This document shows positions 1-14,399 of a DNA stretch of 64,000 bases, one piece after another; position 1 is the first letter of the stretch, and every line of letters begins with the position of its first letter. The notes beneath the pieces were generated by a model. The model was given only the letters and a program-made list of their open reading frames with translations. It made no database searches and had not been told where the DNA came from. Source of the DNA: the human T2T-CHM13v2.0 reference genome, Homo sapiens; assembly GCF_009914755.1 (NCBI RefSeq), contig NC_060926.1. One strand, written 5' to 3'. The position numbers and the translations under genes were made by a program.

Positions 1-54
1 AATTGCCAAGTCTTGGGTACATCTTTATCAGCAGCATGAAAATGGACTAATACA
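1..54 (+). mobile_element. 3' end of THE1-type MaLR LTR
   Basis: Ends ...ctttatcagcagcatgaaaatggactaataca, the THE1 LTR terminus. Confidence 0.8.
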
Positions 55-1760
55 AAAATCAGTAGCATTTCTATACACTAATAACAAATTAGCTGATAAA
101 ATGAGTTAAGAAAGTAATCCCATTTAAGATAGCTACAAAATAAATGTCTAGGAATAAATTTAAACAAGGAGGTGAAAGACTGCTACAACAAAAACTATAA
201 AACACAAATGAAAGAAACTGAAGAGGGCACAAACAAATGGAAAAACATCCTATGCTCATGGATCAGAAGAATTATTGTTGAAATAACTATACTTTCTAAA
301 GCAATCTACAGATTCATTATAATCTCTATCAAAATACCAAAGGCATTTTTCACAGAAATAGAAATAATAATCTTAAAATTTGTATGGAAGTACAAAAGAC
401 CCCGAGTAGCCAAAACAATAATGACCAAACAGAACAAAGCTGGAGACATCACACTACCTGGATTCAAAATATGCTACAAAGTGACAGTATCCAAAACAGC
501 ATAGTAATTGTATAAAAATAGACACAAATACCAATAGAACAGAATAGATAACCTAGAAATAAGTCTACATATTTACAGCCAACTGATTTTTTACCAAGGC
601 ACCAAAAACATGCAATGGAGAAATGATACTGTCTTCAATAAATGTTGCTGGGAAAGCTGGATGTCCATCTTCAGAAGAGTTAAACTAAAATATTATTTCT
701 CACCATATACAAAAAGGACTCAAAATTGATTAAAGACTTAAACCTAAAACTCCAAACTATGAAACTATTAATAGAAAACATTCTTCAGCACATTGGTCTA
801 GACAATGATTTTATGGCTATGACATCAAAACCAAGGCAACAAAAATGAAAATAGAAAAATGTGACTATATTAAACAAAACAGTTTCTGCACAGCAAAGGA
901 AACAGTAAACAAAGTCAAGGGATAACTTGTAGAGTGGGAGAATATATTTGCAAACTATTCATCTAACAAGGGACTAATATCCAGAATACACAAAAGCTCA
1001 ACTCAACAGCCAGAATACAAATATTTGTATTAAAAAGTTGGAAAGGGACATGAATAAACATTTATAAAAAGAAGACGTGTAAATAGCCAACAAATACATT
1101 TTAAAATGCTCAATATTGCTAATCATCAGGGAAATACAAATACAACCATAATAGGATATCACATCACCCTAATTAAGATGATATATGAAAAAGACCAAAA
1201 ATAACAAATGTTGGTAAGAATGCAGAGAAAGGGGACTCGTATACTATTGACAGAAATGTAAATTAGCATAAACATTATGAAAAACACTATGGATTTTCCT
1301 CAAAATACTTAAATTGGAACTACTACCACACAATCCACCAAATCTCTACTTGCTATTTATCCAAATGAAAGAAAATGAGTATATTGAAAGGATATCTGTA
1401 CCTTCATGTTTATTGCAGTATTACCCACAGTAGCTAAAATATTAAATAAATCTCAGTTTCCACTAATGGATGAATGGATTAAGAAAAATGTGTTATTATA
1501 TTTATACCTAACAAAATACTACTAAACTATAAAAAAGAATGCAATCTTGTCATTTTTAGCAACACGAAAGGTAGTGGAGATAATTATGTTACATGAAGTA
1601 AGCCAGGCACAAAAAGACAAATAGCGTATGTACTCACTCATATATTGGACCTAAAAAAGTTGATGTCATGGAGATAGATACTAGAATAATGTTTACCAGA
1701 GGCTAGGCAGAGTGAAGTGGGGTGAGATGAAAAGATGTTGGTTAATGAGTACAAATATGT
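55..1760 (+). mobile_element. L1MA-type LINE-1, 3' part of ORF2 plus start of 3'UTR, decayed
   Basis: ORF 172-504 ([13 protein letters not shown]...[17 protein letters not shown]...NKAGDITLP) is an L1 ORF2p remnant; L1MA-like 3'UTR follows until interrupted by THE1. Confidence 0.9.
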
Positions 1761-3863
1761 TATATTAGTCTGTTCTCACACTGCTAATAAAGACATAACT
1801 GACACTGGGTAATTTATAAAGTAAAAGAGTTTCAGTGGAGTCAGTTTCACATGGCTGGGGAGGCCTCAGAGTCATGGCAGAATGCTAAGTGGGGGCAAAG
1901 TCACTTCTTGCTGAACTCTTGCTGACAAGAGAGAGCATGCGCAGGTGAACTCCCCTTTATAAAACCATCAGATCTTGTGAGACTTATTCACTATCATTAA
2001 AACAGCATGGGAACACCCACCTCCATAATTCAATTACCTCCTACTAGGTCCCTCCCACAACACATGGGCATTATGAGAGCTACAATTCAAGATGAAATTT
2101 GGGTGGAGGCACAGCCAAACGATATTTTTTCAACCCTGGCCCCTCCTAAGTCTTGTGTCCTCACATATCAATACAAGTCATCCCCTCTCAACAGTTTCCT
2201 AAAGTCTTAACTCATTTCATCATTAACTCAAAAGTCCACAGTCCAAAAACTCATCTAAGAAAAGCCAAGCCCCTTCTGCCTGTGAGCCTGTAAAATCAAA
2301 ACCAATTACTTACTTCCTAGATACACTGGGGGTACAGGCATTGGGTAAATATACCCAATATCCCAATTCAAAATGGGGAAAAAAAAAACTGGCCAAAATG
2401 AAGGGGCTACAGGATCTATGCAAGTTTGAAATTCGTTAAGGCAGTCATTAACCCTTAAAGTTCCAAAATGATCTTCTTTGATTCCATGTCTCACATCCAG
2501 GGCACGTGGGTGCAAGAAGTAACTTCCCATGGTCTTGGGGAGCTCTGCTCCTGTGGCTTTGCAGAGTACAGTCCCCTTCCTGGCTGCTTTCACAAGCTGT
2601 CATTGAATGTCTACAGCTTTTCCAGGTGTGCTGTGCAAGCTGCCGGTGGATCTACCATTCTGGGTTCTGGAGGATGGTGGCCCACTTCTCACAGCTCCAC
2701 TAGGCAGTGCCCTAGTGGGGACTCTGTGTCAGGACTCCCACCCCACATATCCCTTCTGCACTGCCCTAGCAGAGGTTCTCCATGAGGGCTCTGCCCCTGC
2801 AGTACACCTCTGCCTGGACATTCAGGCGTATCCATACATCCTCTGAAATCTATGTAGAGGTTCCCAAACCTCAATTCTTGACTTCTGTGCATCCTCAGGC
2901 TCAACACCACATGGAAGCTGCCAATGCTTGGGGCATGCACCCTCTGAAGCCATGACCTGGGCTGTACTTTGACCCCTTTTAGCCATGGCTGGAGCTGCTA
3001 GCATGCAAGGCACCAAGTCCAAAGGCTGCGGATAGCAGGGGGACCCTGGACCCAGCACCAGGAACCACTTTTCCTTCTTAGGCCTCTAGGCCTGTGATGG
3101 GAGGGTCTGCCATGAAGGTCTCTTACAAGCCCTGGAGACATTTTCGCCATTGTCTTGGTGATGATTTGCGTTTGGCTTCTGCTACTTATGCAAATTTCTG
3201 CTGCTGGCTTGAATTTCTTCCCAGAAAATGGCTTTTTCTTTTCTACTGCATTGTCAGGCTGCATATTTTTCCAACTTCTATGCTCTGCTTCTTCTTGAGC
3301 ACTTTGCCACTTAGAAATTTCTTCTTCCAGATACCCTAACTCATCTCTCTCAAGTTCAAAGTTCCACAGATCTCTAGGGATGTGGCAAAATGCCATCAGT
3401 CTCTTTGCATAGCAAGAGTGACCTTTACTCCAGTGCCCAACAAGTTCCACATCTCCATCTGAGACCAACTCAGCCTGGACTTTATTGTCCATTACACTAT
3501 CAACATTTTGGTCAAAGCCATTCAACAAGTCTCTAGGAAGTTTCAAACTTTCGCACATTTTCCTGTCTACTTCTGAGCCCTCCAAACTGTTCCTACCTCT
3601 GCCTGTTACCCAGTTCCAAAGTAGCTTCCACATTTTTGCATATCATTACAGCAGCACCCCACTTTCTGTGGTACCAATTTACTGTATTAGTCTGTTCTCA
3701 TGCAGCTAATAGAGACATACCCGGGACTGGATGATTTATAAAGAAAACAAGGTTTAATGGACTCATGGTTCCACATGGCTGGAGAGGCCTCACAATCATG
3801 GTGGAAGGCTAAGGAGGGGCAAAGGCACTTTTTACATGGCAGCAGGCAGGAGAGAGCATGTGC
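1761..3863 (-). mobile_element. THE1 (THE1C-like) MaLR provirus: LTR 1761-2127, internal 2128-3682, truncated LTR 3683-3863
   Basis: Both LTRs begin t(g/a)tattagtctgttctca on +; internal region gives MaLR-type ORF remnants (2998-3633 minus). Confidence 0.9.
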
Positions 3864-3930
3864 CGTGTATCAGAATATCACATGTACCCCATAAATGTGT
3901 ACAAATATTATGCGTCAAAACAATTGAAAG
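3864..3930 (+). mobile_element. Extreme 3' end of the same L1MA element
   Basis: gtatcagaatatcacatgtaccccataaatgtgtacaaatattatg is an L1MA terminus. Confidence 0.75.
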
Positions 3931-3947
3931 AGCATAATTTAGCTAAG

Positions 3948-4370
3948 TGATATGGTTTGGCTCTGTGTCCCCACCCAAATCTCATCTCAAATTATAATCC
4001 CTGTGTGTTGAGGGAAGGAAGTGATTGGATTATGGGTGCAGTTTCTCCTATGTTGTTCTCATGATAATGAGTGAATTCTCATGAGATCTGATGGTTTTAT
4101 AAATGGTAGTATTTCCTGCCCTCTCACATGCTCTTTCTCACCTGCTGCCATGTAAGATGTGACTTTTCCCTTTCCACTGGATTGTATTAGGTTGGTGCAA
4201 AAATAATTACAATTTTTGCCATTAAAAGTAATGTCAAAAGCTGCAATTACTTAATAAGTTTCCTGAGGCCTCACCAGCCATACAGAACTGTGAGTCAATT
4301 AAACCTCTTTCCTTTATAAATTACTCAGTCTCAGGAATTTCTTTATAGTAATGTGAAAATGGACTAATAC
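3948..4370 (+). mobile_element. THE1C/D solo LTR, interrupted by MADE1
   Basis: Starts tgatatggtttggctctgtgtccccacccaaatctc, ends gaaaatggactaatac. Confidence 0.9.
4187..4254. mobile_element. MADE1 (Hsmar1-derived MITE), right TIR partly deleted
   Basis: ttaggttggtgcaaaaataattacaatttttgccatt...aatgtcaaaagctgcaattactt, flanked by TA...TA inside the LTR motif gattg-TA-agtttcctgagg. Confidence 0.85.
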
Positions 4371-4778
4371 TCCAAGGGACTGGAAGCAGATTAACATAGG
4401 TGTACCTGGCATCCCTAAAAGGGAGGTTAGGCAGAAAAATATTTAAAGGAATAATGACCAACATTTTCCAAAATGATGAAAATGATAAACTAACAGATCA
4501 AACTCCAATACAAGAAACCTAAAAGAAGCACCAAAGCATATTAAATCAATGTGCTTACTTGGCATATTTAAACAACAGTGCTCAGAAGTTATTCTTAAAA
4601 GCAACTGTAGTAAAACATTATGTACAGAGAAACAGAGAAAAGAATGACAAGAGGTTTCTCATTAGAACAAAGGAAGCTAGAAAATAAGATGCCATTTCTT
4701 TAAAGTTCTAAAGGAAAGCCTAATATATTATAAGTTCTAAAATAAAGACTATACTTTTATACCCAGTAAAAATATCTT

Positions 4779-5751
4779 TGTGGGGAAAAGAAAAAGAGAT
4801 CAGACTATTACTGTGTCTATGTAGAAAGAAGTAGACATAAGAGACTACATTTTGTTTTGTATTAAGAAAAATTCTTCTGCCTTGAGATGCTGTTAATCTG
4901 TAACCCTACCCCCAACCCTGTGCTCACAGAAACATGTGCTGTGTTGACTCAAGGTTTAATGGGTTTAGGGCTATGCAGGATGTGCTTTGTTAAAGAAATG
5001 CTTGAAGGCAGCATGCTTGTTAAAAGTCACCACCTCTCCCTAATCTCAAGTACCCAGGGACACAAAACACTGCGGAAGGCCAGGCCGCAGGGACCTCTGC
5101 CTAGGAAAGCCAGGTATTGTCCAAGGTTTCTCCCCATGTGATAGTCTGAAATATGGCCTCCTGGGAAGAGAAAGACCTGACCGTCCCCCAGCCCGACACC
5201 CGTAAAGGGTCTGTGCTGAGGAGGATTAGTAAAAGAGGAAGGCCTCTTTGCAGTTGAGATGAGAGGAAGGCATCTGTCTCCTGCCCATCCCTGGGCAATG
5301 GGGTGTCTCGGTGTAAAACCCAATTGTATGTTCCATCTACTGAGATAGGAGAAAACTGCCTTAAGGTTGGAGGTGAGACATGCTGGCAGCAATACTTCTC
5401 TTTAATGCACCAGATATGTTTATGTATGTGCACATCAAAGCACAGCACATTTTCTAACCTTGTTTATGACACAGAGACATTTGTTCACATGTTTTCCTGA
5501 TGACACTCTCCCCACTATTACCCTATTGTCCTGCCACATCCCCCTCTCTGAGATGGTAGAGATAATGATCAGTAAATACTGAGGGAACTCAGAGACTGGT
5601 GCCCGCGTGGGTCCTCTGTATGCTAAGCGCCGGTCCCCTGGGCCCAGTTTTCTTTCTCTATACTTTGTCTCTGTGTCTCTTTCTTTTCTCAGACTCTCGT
5701 CCCCCCCAGCGAGAAACACCCACAGGTGTGGAGGGGCAGGCCACCCCTTCA
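4779..5751 (+). mobile_element. HERV-K(HML-2) solo LTR, LTR5B-like, 973 bp, with ATCTT TSD
   Basis: tgtggggaaaagaaaaagagatcagac...ggaggggcaggccaccccttca; ATCTT at 4774-4778 and 5752-5756. Confidence 0.93.
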
Positions 5752-5815
5752 ATCTTTTAGTAAAGAAGGCATAATAAAGATATATTGAGTAATAACCCAA
5801 TGAAAGAATTCATCA

Positions 5816-6256
<441 letters not shown>

Positions 6257-7754
6257 CTATACAAAAGGGATAAAAGGCATTGGAAATCATAAATAGATTG
6301 GGTAAAATATCAGATCATTTTTATTACTTAAATTCCTTCATAATTGTCTTAAAGCAAAACCTGATGCTTAACTTAAACAATAGCATACAGGCTTGGAGGA
6401 AAGTAATAGAAATGTACTTTTTTAAAGTTTCTTATCCCATTTGTAAAGCAGTACAACATCATTTGAAGGTACACTTTAAATAATGTAAAATGAAAATGTA
6501 CCACTAAAATATAAATAGTTACAGCTAATAACCTAAAAATTGTATTAAATAGAATAATAAAAAATACACCTACTCAATTGACCAAAAACAAAGCAGAAAA
6601 ATTTAAAGGTAAGAATAACAGGGGCAAATATGAAACAAATGCTAAGAATACTGAGATTTCAGATGCAAACACAACTATATTAATTATCTTATTACATGTA
6701 AATGTTCTAAATATCCCCAATTAAAAAACAGATTTTCATATTGAATAAAAAGCAAGACTCAACTACATGCTGCATATAGCATATGCATTTTAAACATAAA
6801 TAGATATACAGTTTAAAAATAAAAGGTAAAAATGTCATACCTATGGTAACACTATTAAATGAAGAGCTGAAATAGCTGTATTTATATCAGTGTTTGTTTC
6901 AGACCAAAGAACATTATCAAGGTTTAAAAAAACATTTCATAATATTATAATCATCATGGGCCCAATTCATCAATGAGACATAACAATGTTTGAAATTTGT
7001 GAACCTAGTAATAGTGCCTCAAAATAAATGAAGCAAACATTGATATAATAAAGATAGGCAAATCTATAAAAATAATTATCCATATTTTAATAAATGAAAG
7101 AGTGGAACAACACCATCAAGCAAATTGTCCTAACTGACATTTTGGAAGATGCCAGTAAAAGCAGTAGAATACACATTCTTTTCAAGTGCACATGGAACAT
7201 TGTCCAAAGTACAACATAGTTTAGGCCATACAATGAACCCTAATAGTTTGAGTATGTTTTCTAACTCCAGTGGAATTAAATTAGAAATCAATAATAAAAC
7301 TCTGCAAAATTATGCAAATATTTGAAACTAAAATAAACACTTCTAAACACCCCTGTGACACCTAATAAATCAAGAGAGAAATTAGTATTTTTAACTTAAT
7401 GAAAATAGATACTATTGCATACATATAGCAGAATTTGTAGGATGTCATACAAGTTTCATACTACAGTGATGTCTCTGATGCTAGTTCATTACCACCAGCT
7501 TTATTCTAACTTTTCTTTCTGGTTTATTTTTATAACTTTCTGTCTGACAATGTGGAACCTGGCTCCCATTATCCATTTATTTATTTGTTCAAATGCATTT
7601 TACATGTAAATCATTTTCAGAATTATTGACTGCATGACCATTATAAATAAATTAAACTAAAGTGATTTTGTACAGTTTCTTTGCCTTTAGCCTTATAATA
7701 TTGAGTCATAACATCATTTTTCAAGTGGCTTTGGTTAATTTCTGTGCTATTAAC

Positions 7755-8260
7755 CAACTGATGAAGGTTAACATTACTGATAATGTCATGAAGTAATCAT
7801 TTTTCCTTGATATAGTGAGACAATAAGGGCACTTCACCTCTGAATATTTTTTCCAAAAACACATAACCGCAACTTAAACATGAGAAAAACAACCAACAAA
7901 CATAGACAGAGGGAGAGGATACTTGGCTATTACTCCCTAAGACTGTCAAGATTGTGAAAAACAAGGAAAGACTGAGAAACTAGGACAGACCAGAGGAGAC
8001 TGGGGAGATATGACAACTATATGATACCATAGGTTGAATCCTAGAACAGAACTAGGATATTATTAGGAAAAAACTATGAACTGCAAATAAAGTGTTGAAT
8101 TTAGTTAATCATAATATATCAATGTCAGTTACTTAATGTTGATGAATGTTCCATAGTAATACAGGATGTTAAGAATGGGTAAACTGAGTGAGAGGTATCA
8201 GGAAACACTTTACAATCTAATACTTTTCTATAAATCTGAAATTATTCTTATACATTTAAA
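7755..8260 (+). mobile_element. L1MC-type 3'UTR
   Basis: aagactgtcaagattgtgaaaaacaaggaaagactgagaaact...gaccagaggagact motif. Confidence 0.7.
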
Positions 8261-9054
8261 TAAATAATAGGAAGCATTATGTGAAAATTAATGCAACATA
8301 TTTTAAACATAAATGATGCTGTAAAGAATGAGTTATTAACATCTTAAATGATAAAACTATGCAGTTTGTTCTTTCCTCTAATTTTATTATTTTTTCCCAA
8401 ATATCTTATGTGCATTTTAGGAGGTCTACATTGGTTTTATAGTGACTTTATGATTGAAAGTTATTTCCCAGGTCACATTTATTTTTTCAATCTCATAGTC
8501 TCACTTCAATCTTCATTCTAAACTTACATTTTATAGGTTAACAACTGTTTTCCAGGAAATGTCACATAAGTTTTTATGTAAAGATTGTATTTTTCTAGTG
8601 AGACGATTTAATAATTGTATTTGGTGAAGCTGACATTTTCAAAAGTATGTATCTATCATCTTTGAATTTCTCAAACTTTGTTTCTAACTAGATTTCTCCA
8701 GAATAGGTCCATCTGTCTCATGTAGAGTTTCAATACAATTCTATTATATTATATGTCTTTATATTTTCTGTCAGTTAAACTCTTTTATTAACTTCCAAAC
8801 TGAAAAAAAAGAAGTAACCATATTTTTTCTCATATGACTATCACATCACATTTTCAATGCAGTTCACCAAATTTTGCTCATTTAGAGTTTTGCAGTGCTC
8901 TCTTAAATCACTACTGACTAGATAACTCTGCAATTTTTACCTGGTTTTTTAGACTTTTCATGTTTTTTCACTGTACTAGTGAGAAAGATATTACTTTAAT
9001 GCAGATTATCATTGGTAACAAAAGTTAGGGTTAATAGCAAAATGAAACCAAAAC

Positions 9055-10032
9055 AAAAACCTGATTAAAAACGGGCAGAGAGGCAAAGACACAAAAATTG
9101 TCAGCAACAAATATATGAAAAAATGCTTAACATGTCTAATCATCAAGAAAATAGCAAGTCACAACCACAGTGAGATATTACCTCACACTTGTTAGAATGG
9201 CTATTATCAAAAAGACATGACGTAAATGTCAGGGGAAATGTGGAGTAAAGAAAACCCTTGCATACTGTTGGCAGGAATATAAATTGGTACACCCATGGTT
9301 CTTTAAAAAATTAAAACTAAAACTACCAAGTGATTCAGCAATCCCAGTACTGGAGATATATCCAAAGGAAATGAAATCAGTACATATCTGAAAGAGATAT
9401 ACCCACTCCCATGTTTATCACAGCATTGTTCACAATAGTTAAGATATGGTATAAATCTATGTTCCATCAATGGACAAATGCATGAAGAAAATACCATACA
9501 CGTACACACAATACATACACATACACACTGGAATATTATTCAGCCTTAAAGAAGGAAACGCCATCATTTGTGATAGTACAGATAAACCTGAAAGACATTA
9601 GGCTAAGTGAAATAAGCCAGGCACAGAAAGACATACATTGCAAAATCTCACTTATATGTGGAATTTTAAAAAGTCAAACTCTTAGAAACAGAGAGTAGAA
9701 TGATAGTTGGCGGGGTCTGGGGGATGAAGGAAATAGGAAGATGTAGGTCAAAGGGTGCAAAGTTTCATTTATGCTGGATGAATAAACTCTGGAAATCCAC
9801 TGTACAGCATGGTGATGATAGTTCATAATACTGTTCTGTGTACTTGAAATTTGCTAGAAGAGTAGATCTTAAATGTTCTTACCACAAAAAAAGATAACTA
9901 TTGAGGTAATGGATATGTTAATTAGGTTGAGAGTAGTAATCATTTCACTATATATGTATGTTAAAACATCAAGTTGTCTGTCTTAAATATATATAAATTT
10001 TATTCAATTATACCTCAATAAAGTCGGAAAAA
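9055..10032 (+). mobile_element. L1MA (MA8/9-like) 3' fragment
   Basis: ORF2 C-terminal remnant plus 3'UTR ending tcaattatacctcaataaag. Confidence 0.85.
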
Positions 10033-10463
10033 TAACATATCAACTTTTAAGGCACAGACTATTAATGTAGAAGTTAGTTGGAAATAAGAGATTAAAAAAT
10101 CAGTAATTTTTCAAGTTAAGCAAACATCTTCAATACAGAAATGAGATATCTATTAGATTCTAAGATTCAGGTCCAGGCCTCCTTTCAGAATATCTTGCTG
10201 GTTACTGTTTTGATTGCATAGAGAAAATAAAGCTATGAGCAACTGACTCATGTAATGAAAATATATACAGAAAATGACTTAGACTCCAAAGGGCAAATCT
10301 ATTATTTAAAATATACAACTATCACATGTAATTGAGTAATGTAATTGACATGATCAATACATTCTATCCTTTATAACAAGACATCACATATTGACATACC
10401 ATAATCTAAAATATACATAATTCCCACAAGAATCCCAGTAGTTACTAGAGTATTCAGTCATTC

Positions 10464-10754
<291 letters not shown>

Positions 10755-11006
10755 AAGTATTCAGTCATTCTTTACCTGTAGTCCCACATGCGTGGGAAAC
10801 AAAAGCTTAAACAGAAGTTGCTTATTGAGCCTGGAATTATAACTGGGAGAGTCATTGGTATAAAACTAACAGACCTGTATTCATTCACCTCACTATGATA
10901 AAGTCTTATGAATTGAACCAATATCTGTATTTCTTCAGAACACAACCTGGTTAAGCATTGCTTCTTCCCTCCTTTCCTCACAAAATTATATTACACAAAT
11001 ATGCCT

Positions 11007-11856
<850 letters not shown>

Positions 11857-12544
11857 CTTGAATTATTACACATTTATTTAAAATCTTCTTTAATAATATG
11901 TTATTATACAAATTTGCTTAAATTCATTCAATATTTTAACCACGTAGCTTGTTTTTCAAATTAAGATGTTTACATGTTTTATGTACGTCTCTGATTATAT
12001 CCTTATAAAAAGCTACTAGATGGGTAATGCTAAGAAAACAGATCATATCATTTTTTCAGAGGATTGAAGTTGTGATGATTAACATTTATTGTTCATGTTT
12101 CTATTTCAAGGCAATTTTAAAAATTATTTCACAAAGCTTCTGTATGGAAAATTGATATTTCAGTTTTTATTGCTTCATGTTTAAATAATTGAAAAGATTA
12201 TAAGCAATGTAAGTTTTTTCATAATTTGATGAGCTTTTTAAGAAACTGTGTATTCTCTTGTTTATATCTTTTCCTCAGATTTCTATCAAGATGTGTACTT
12301 TTAAGAAATAATATAGAAATATACATATATACTGTTAAACAAGACATTATAAGGCAATAATTCACCAATTCTTAATATGTTCCACTTTTGAAATTTATTT
12401 TGCATCACTTTAAGCTGCTTTTCCTACATCATTGCCTAAGTGCGTTTTAAATGTCAAGTACTTTGTTGGCAGTGGTGGGTGATGCTGGGCTGGGAGCTGA
12501 GGGGTCTTAGATGCTGGCATGGATCACTCACCAATACCTTTAGA

Positions 12545-12568
12545 TAAATAAATAAATAAATAAATAAA
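12545..12568 (+). repeat. (TAAA)n microsatellite
   Basis: About 6 units. Confidence 0.9.
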
Positions 12569-12574
12569 GTTTAA

Positions 12575-12770
12575 GTACTTTATATGTGAACTAGATGAAC
12601 ACTATGTTTCAATTCTTAAACAACCTGATGAACTGTCATTTTATTGTCATTTTATAAAGGAGAAAACTGAAAATTGGATGAGTATACCAATTGCCAAAGA
12701 TCTCATAATTAATACAGCTGGGTAGTTCTAAGTAAAATCTCCAATGTAAATGCAATGTCATGCTGCTTTG
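12575..12770 (-). mobile_element. MIR remnant
   Basis: cattttataaaggagaaaactgaaa resembles the MIR core. Confidence 0.5.
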
Positions 12771-13144
12771 TCTTATATTAGCAAATTTTATGAGAGTCAA
12801 AAATACTTTGAATAATAAAGTGCATTTAAAACTATTATAATAACTAATAAGATCTTATATATGTATTTTTTGTTTTTTTTTAAAAGCCTATGTGTTTGCT
12901 TCTCATATATAAAAAGCCAATGTCTTACTTTATTAATTTTGTTCTCTAATTTATTATATATGTCTTTTCTGAGACACAACATTTTAAAGTTTGATATTAA
13001 AGTGGTAGATTGTGCAAACACATCCATATTCTGTTTATTCAAAGATTATACCTGAATATAGACCAGATGCATAAAAATAATAAGGATGAAGGAAAATAAT
13101 TAGAATTAGCAATGGTCAAGCAATTGCAAGTAAAATGCTGGGTT

Positions 13145-13746
13145 ACTGGAAACAGTTTTAGTCATATAGAAATGAATACAATTACCATACATTCCAACTA
13201 TTCCAGTTCTGGTTATGTACCCAAAACAATTGAAAGCAGAGTCTCAATAGCTATTTATATACTCATGTTCATAGCCGCATTATTCACAATAGCCAAAATG
13301 TAGAAACAACCCAAGTGTCCTTAAACAGATATATGGATAAACAAACTATGGTATATAAATATATTGGAATATTATCCATTCATAGAAAAAATAAAGTTCT
13401 GACACATGCTATAGCATGGATGAACCTTAAAAATATCATGCCTAAATGAAATAAGCCATACACAAATGACAGATATTCTATAATCCCAGTTATAGAAAAT
13501 ATTAGAATAGGTAAACTCATACAGACAGAAGGCAGATTGGAGGTTGCCACGGACTGAATTGGGAAAATGTGGAGTTACTATTTAATGGATACAGTTTCAG
13601 TTTTGCAAGAAGAAAAAGTTTTGCAAGATGACAGATGATGGTGATGGTTGCATAGCAATATGAATGTAGTTTATGAATTGAACACTTAAAAATGGTTAAG
13701 ATGGTTAAATTTGTTATGTGTATTTTACAATGAATTTTTCTAAAAA
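13145..13746 (+). mobile_element. L1MB 3' end
   Basis: atgttcatagccgcattattcacaatagccaaaa...acacttaaaaatggttaagatggttaaattt. Confidence 0.85.
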
Positions 13747-13804
13747 ATGAGTGTAGAAAGACAATCAACTTACTGGAATTACAAAGTTTCTGGGTCAAGC
13801 AATT

Positions 13805-13966
13805 TTTTATGTGCAGTGAGGAGACAGGGTCTCGCTCTGTCACCCAGGCTAGCATACAGTGGTGTAACCATAGCTTACTGTAACTTGAATTCCTGGGCTC
13901 AAGCAATCCTCTTACTTCAGAATCCCAAAGTTTTGGGATGACAGGCATGAGCCACCACACTCGGCT
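13805..13966 (-). mobile_element. Free Alu monomer (FRAM/FAM-like)
   Basis: Single-arm Alu gagacagggtctcgctctgtcacccaggct...gagccaccacactcggc. Confidence 0.8.
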
Positions 13967-14399
13967 CAAGTAGTCTTCAACAGAGAACAGGAATAAGAAG
14001 TAGGGTTGCAGCTATGCCTGTCAGCTTCTATTATTTTTCCTTCAGTCTTCACAAAAGAACAGTTGACTAGTACGTAAACCAATTTTAAAAATTAAAGAAA
14101 GAGAGCAACTACGAAATAACCATCTGGGGGAAATAACAGCTTCTCAGGTGTTTTTTATGTTTTATGTTTTCAACATTTATGTTTCATGGTAAAGCCCTAC
14201 TCATTCTCTAACTTGAAAGTGTTGTGGCCTGATAGCAGCTTCAGTCAACTCACTTTAAGTTAAAATGTGCTCTCCAGTAACCAGGTATCCCAGTCAGGTG
14301 AGAAATTTCACTCACAGAGGAATACTTGGTAAGCAGACAGGTACAGAGCAGGTAAAGAAACTCATTTAAGCATCTTACTCCTTTGTTAAATATGGATGA

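Noticed and set aside
172-504. 110-aa ORF as a functional gene
   Set aside because: L1 ORF2 fragment surrounded by stops and frameshifts.
4887-5800. 84-121 aa ORFs
   Set aside because: They lie entirely within the LTR5 solo LTR; no gag/pol/env sequence is present.
14275-14360. Cluster of splice-donor-like motifs (caggtatc, caggtgag, tggtaagc, caggtaaa)
   Set aside because: No convincing exon ORF or acceptor; cannot be supported without transcript data.
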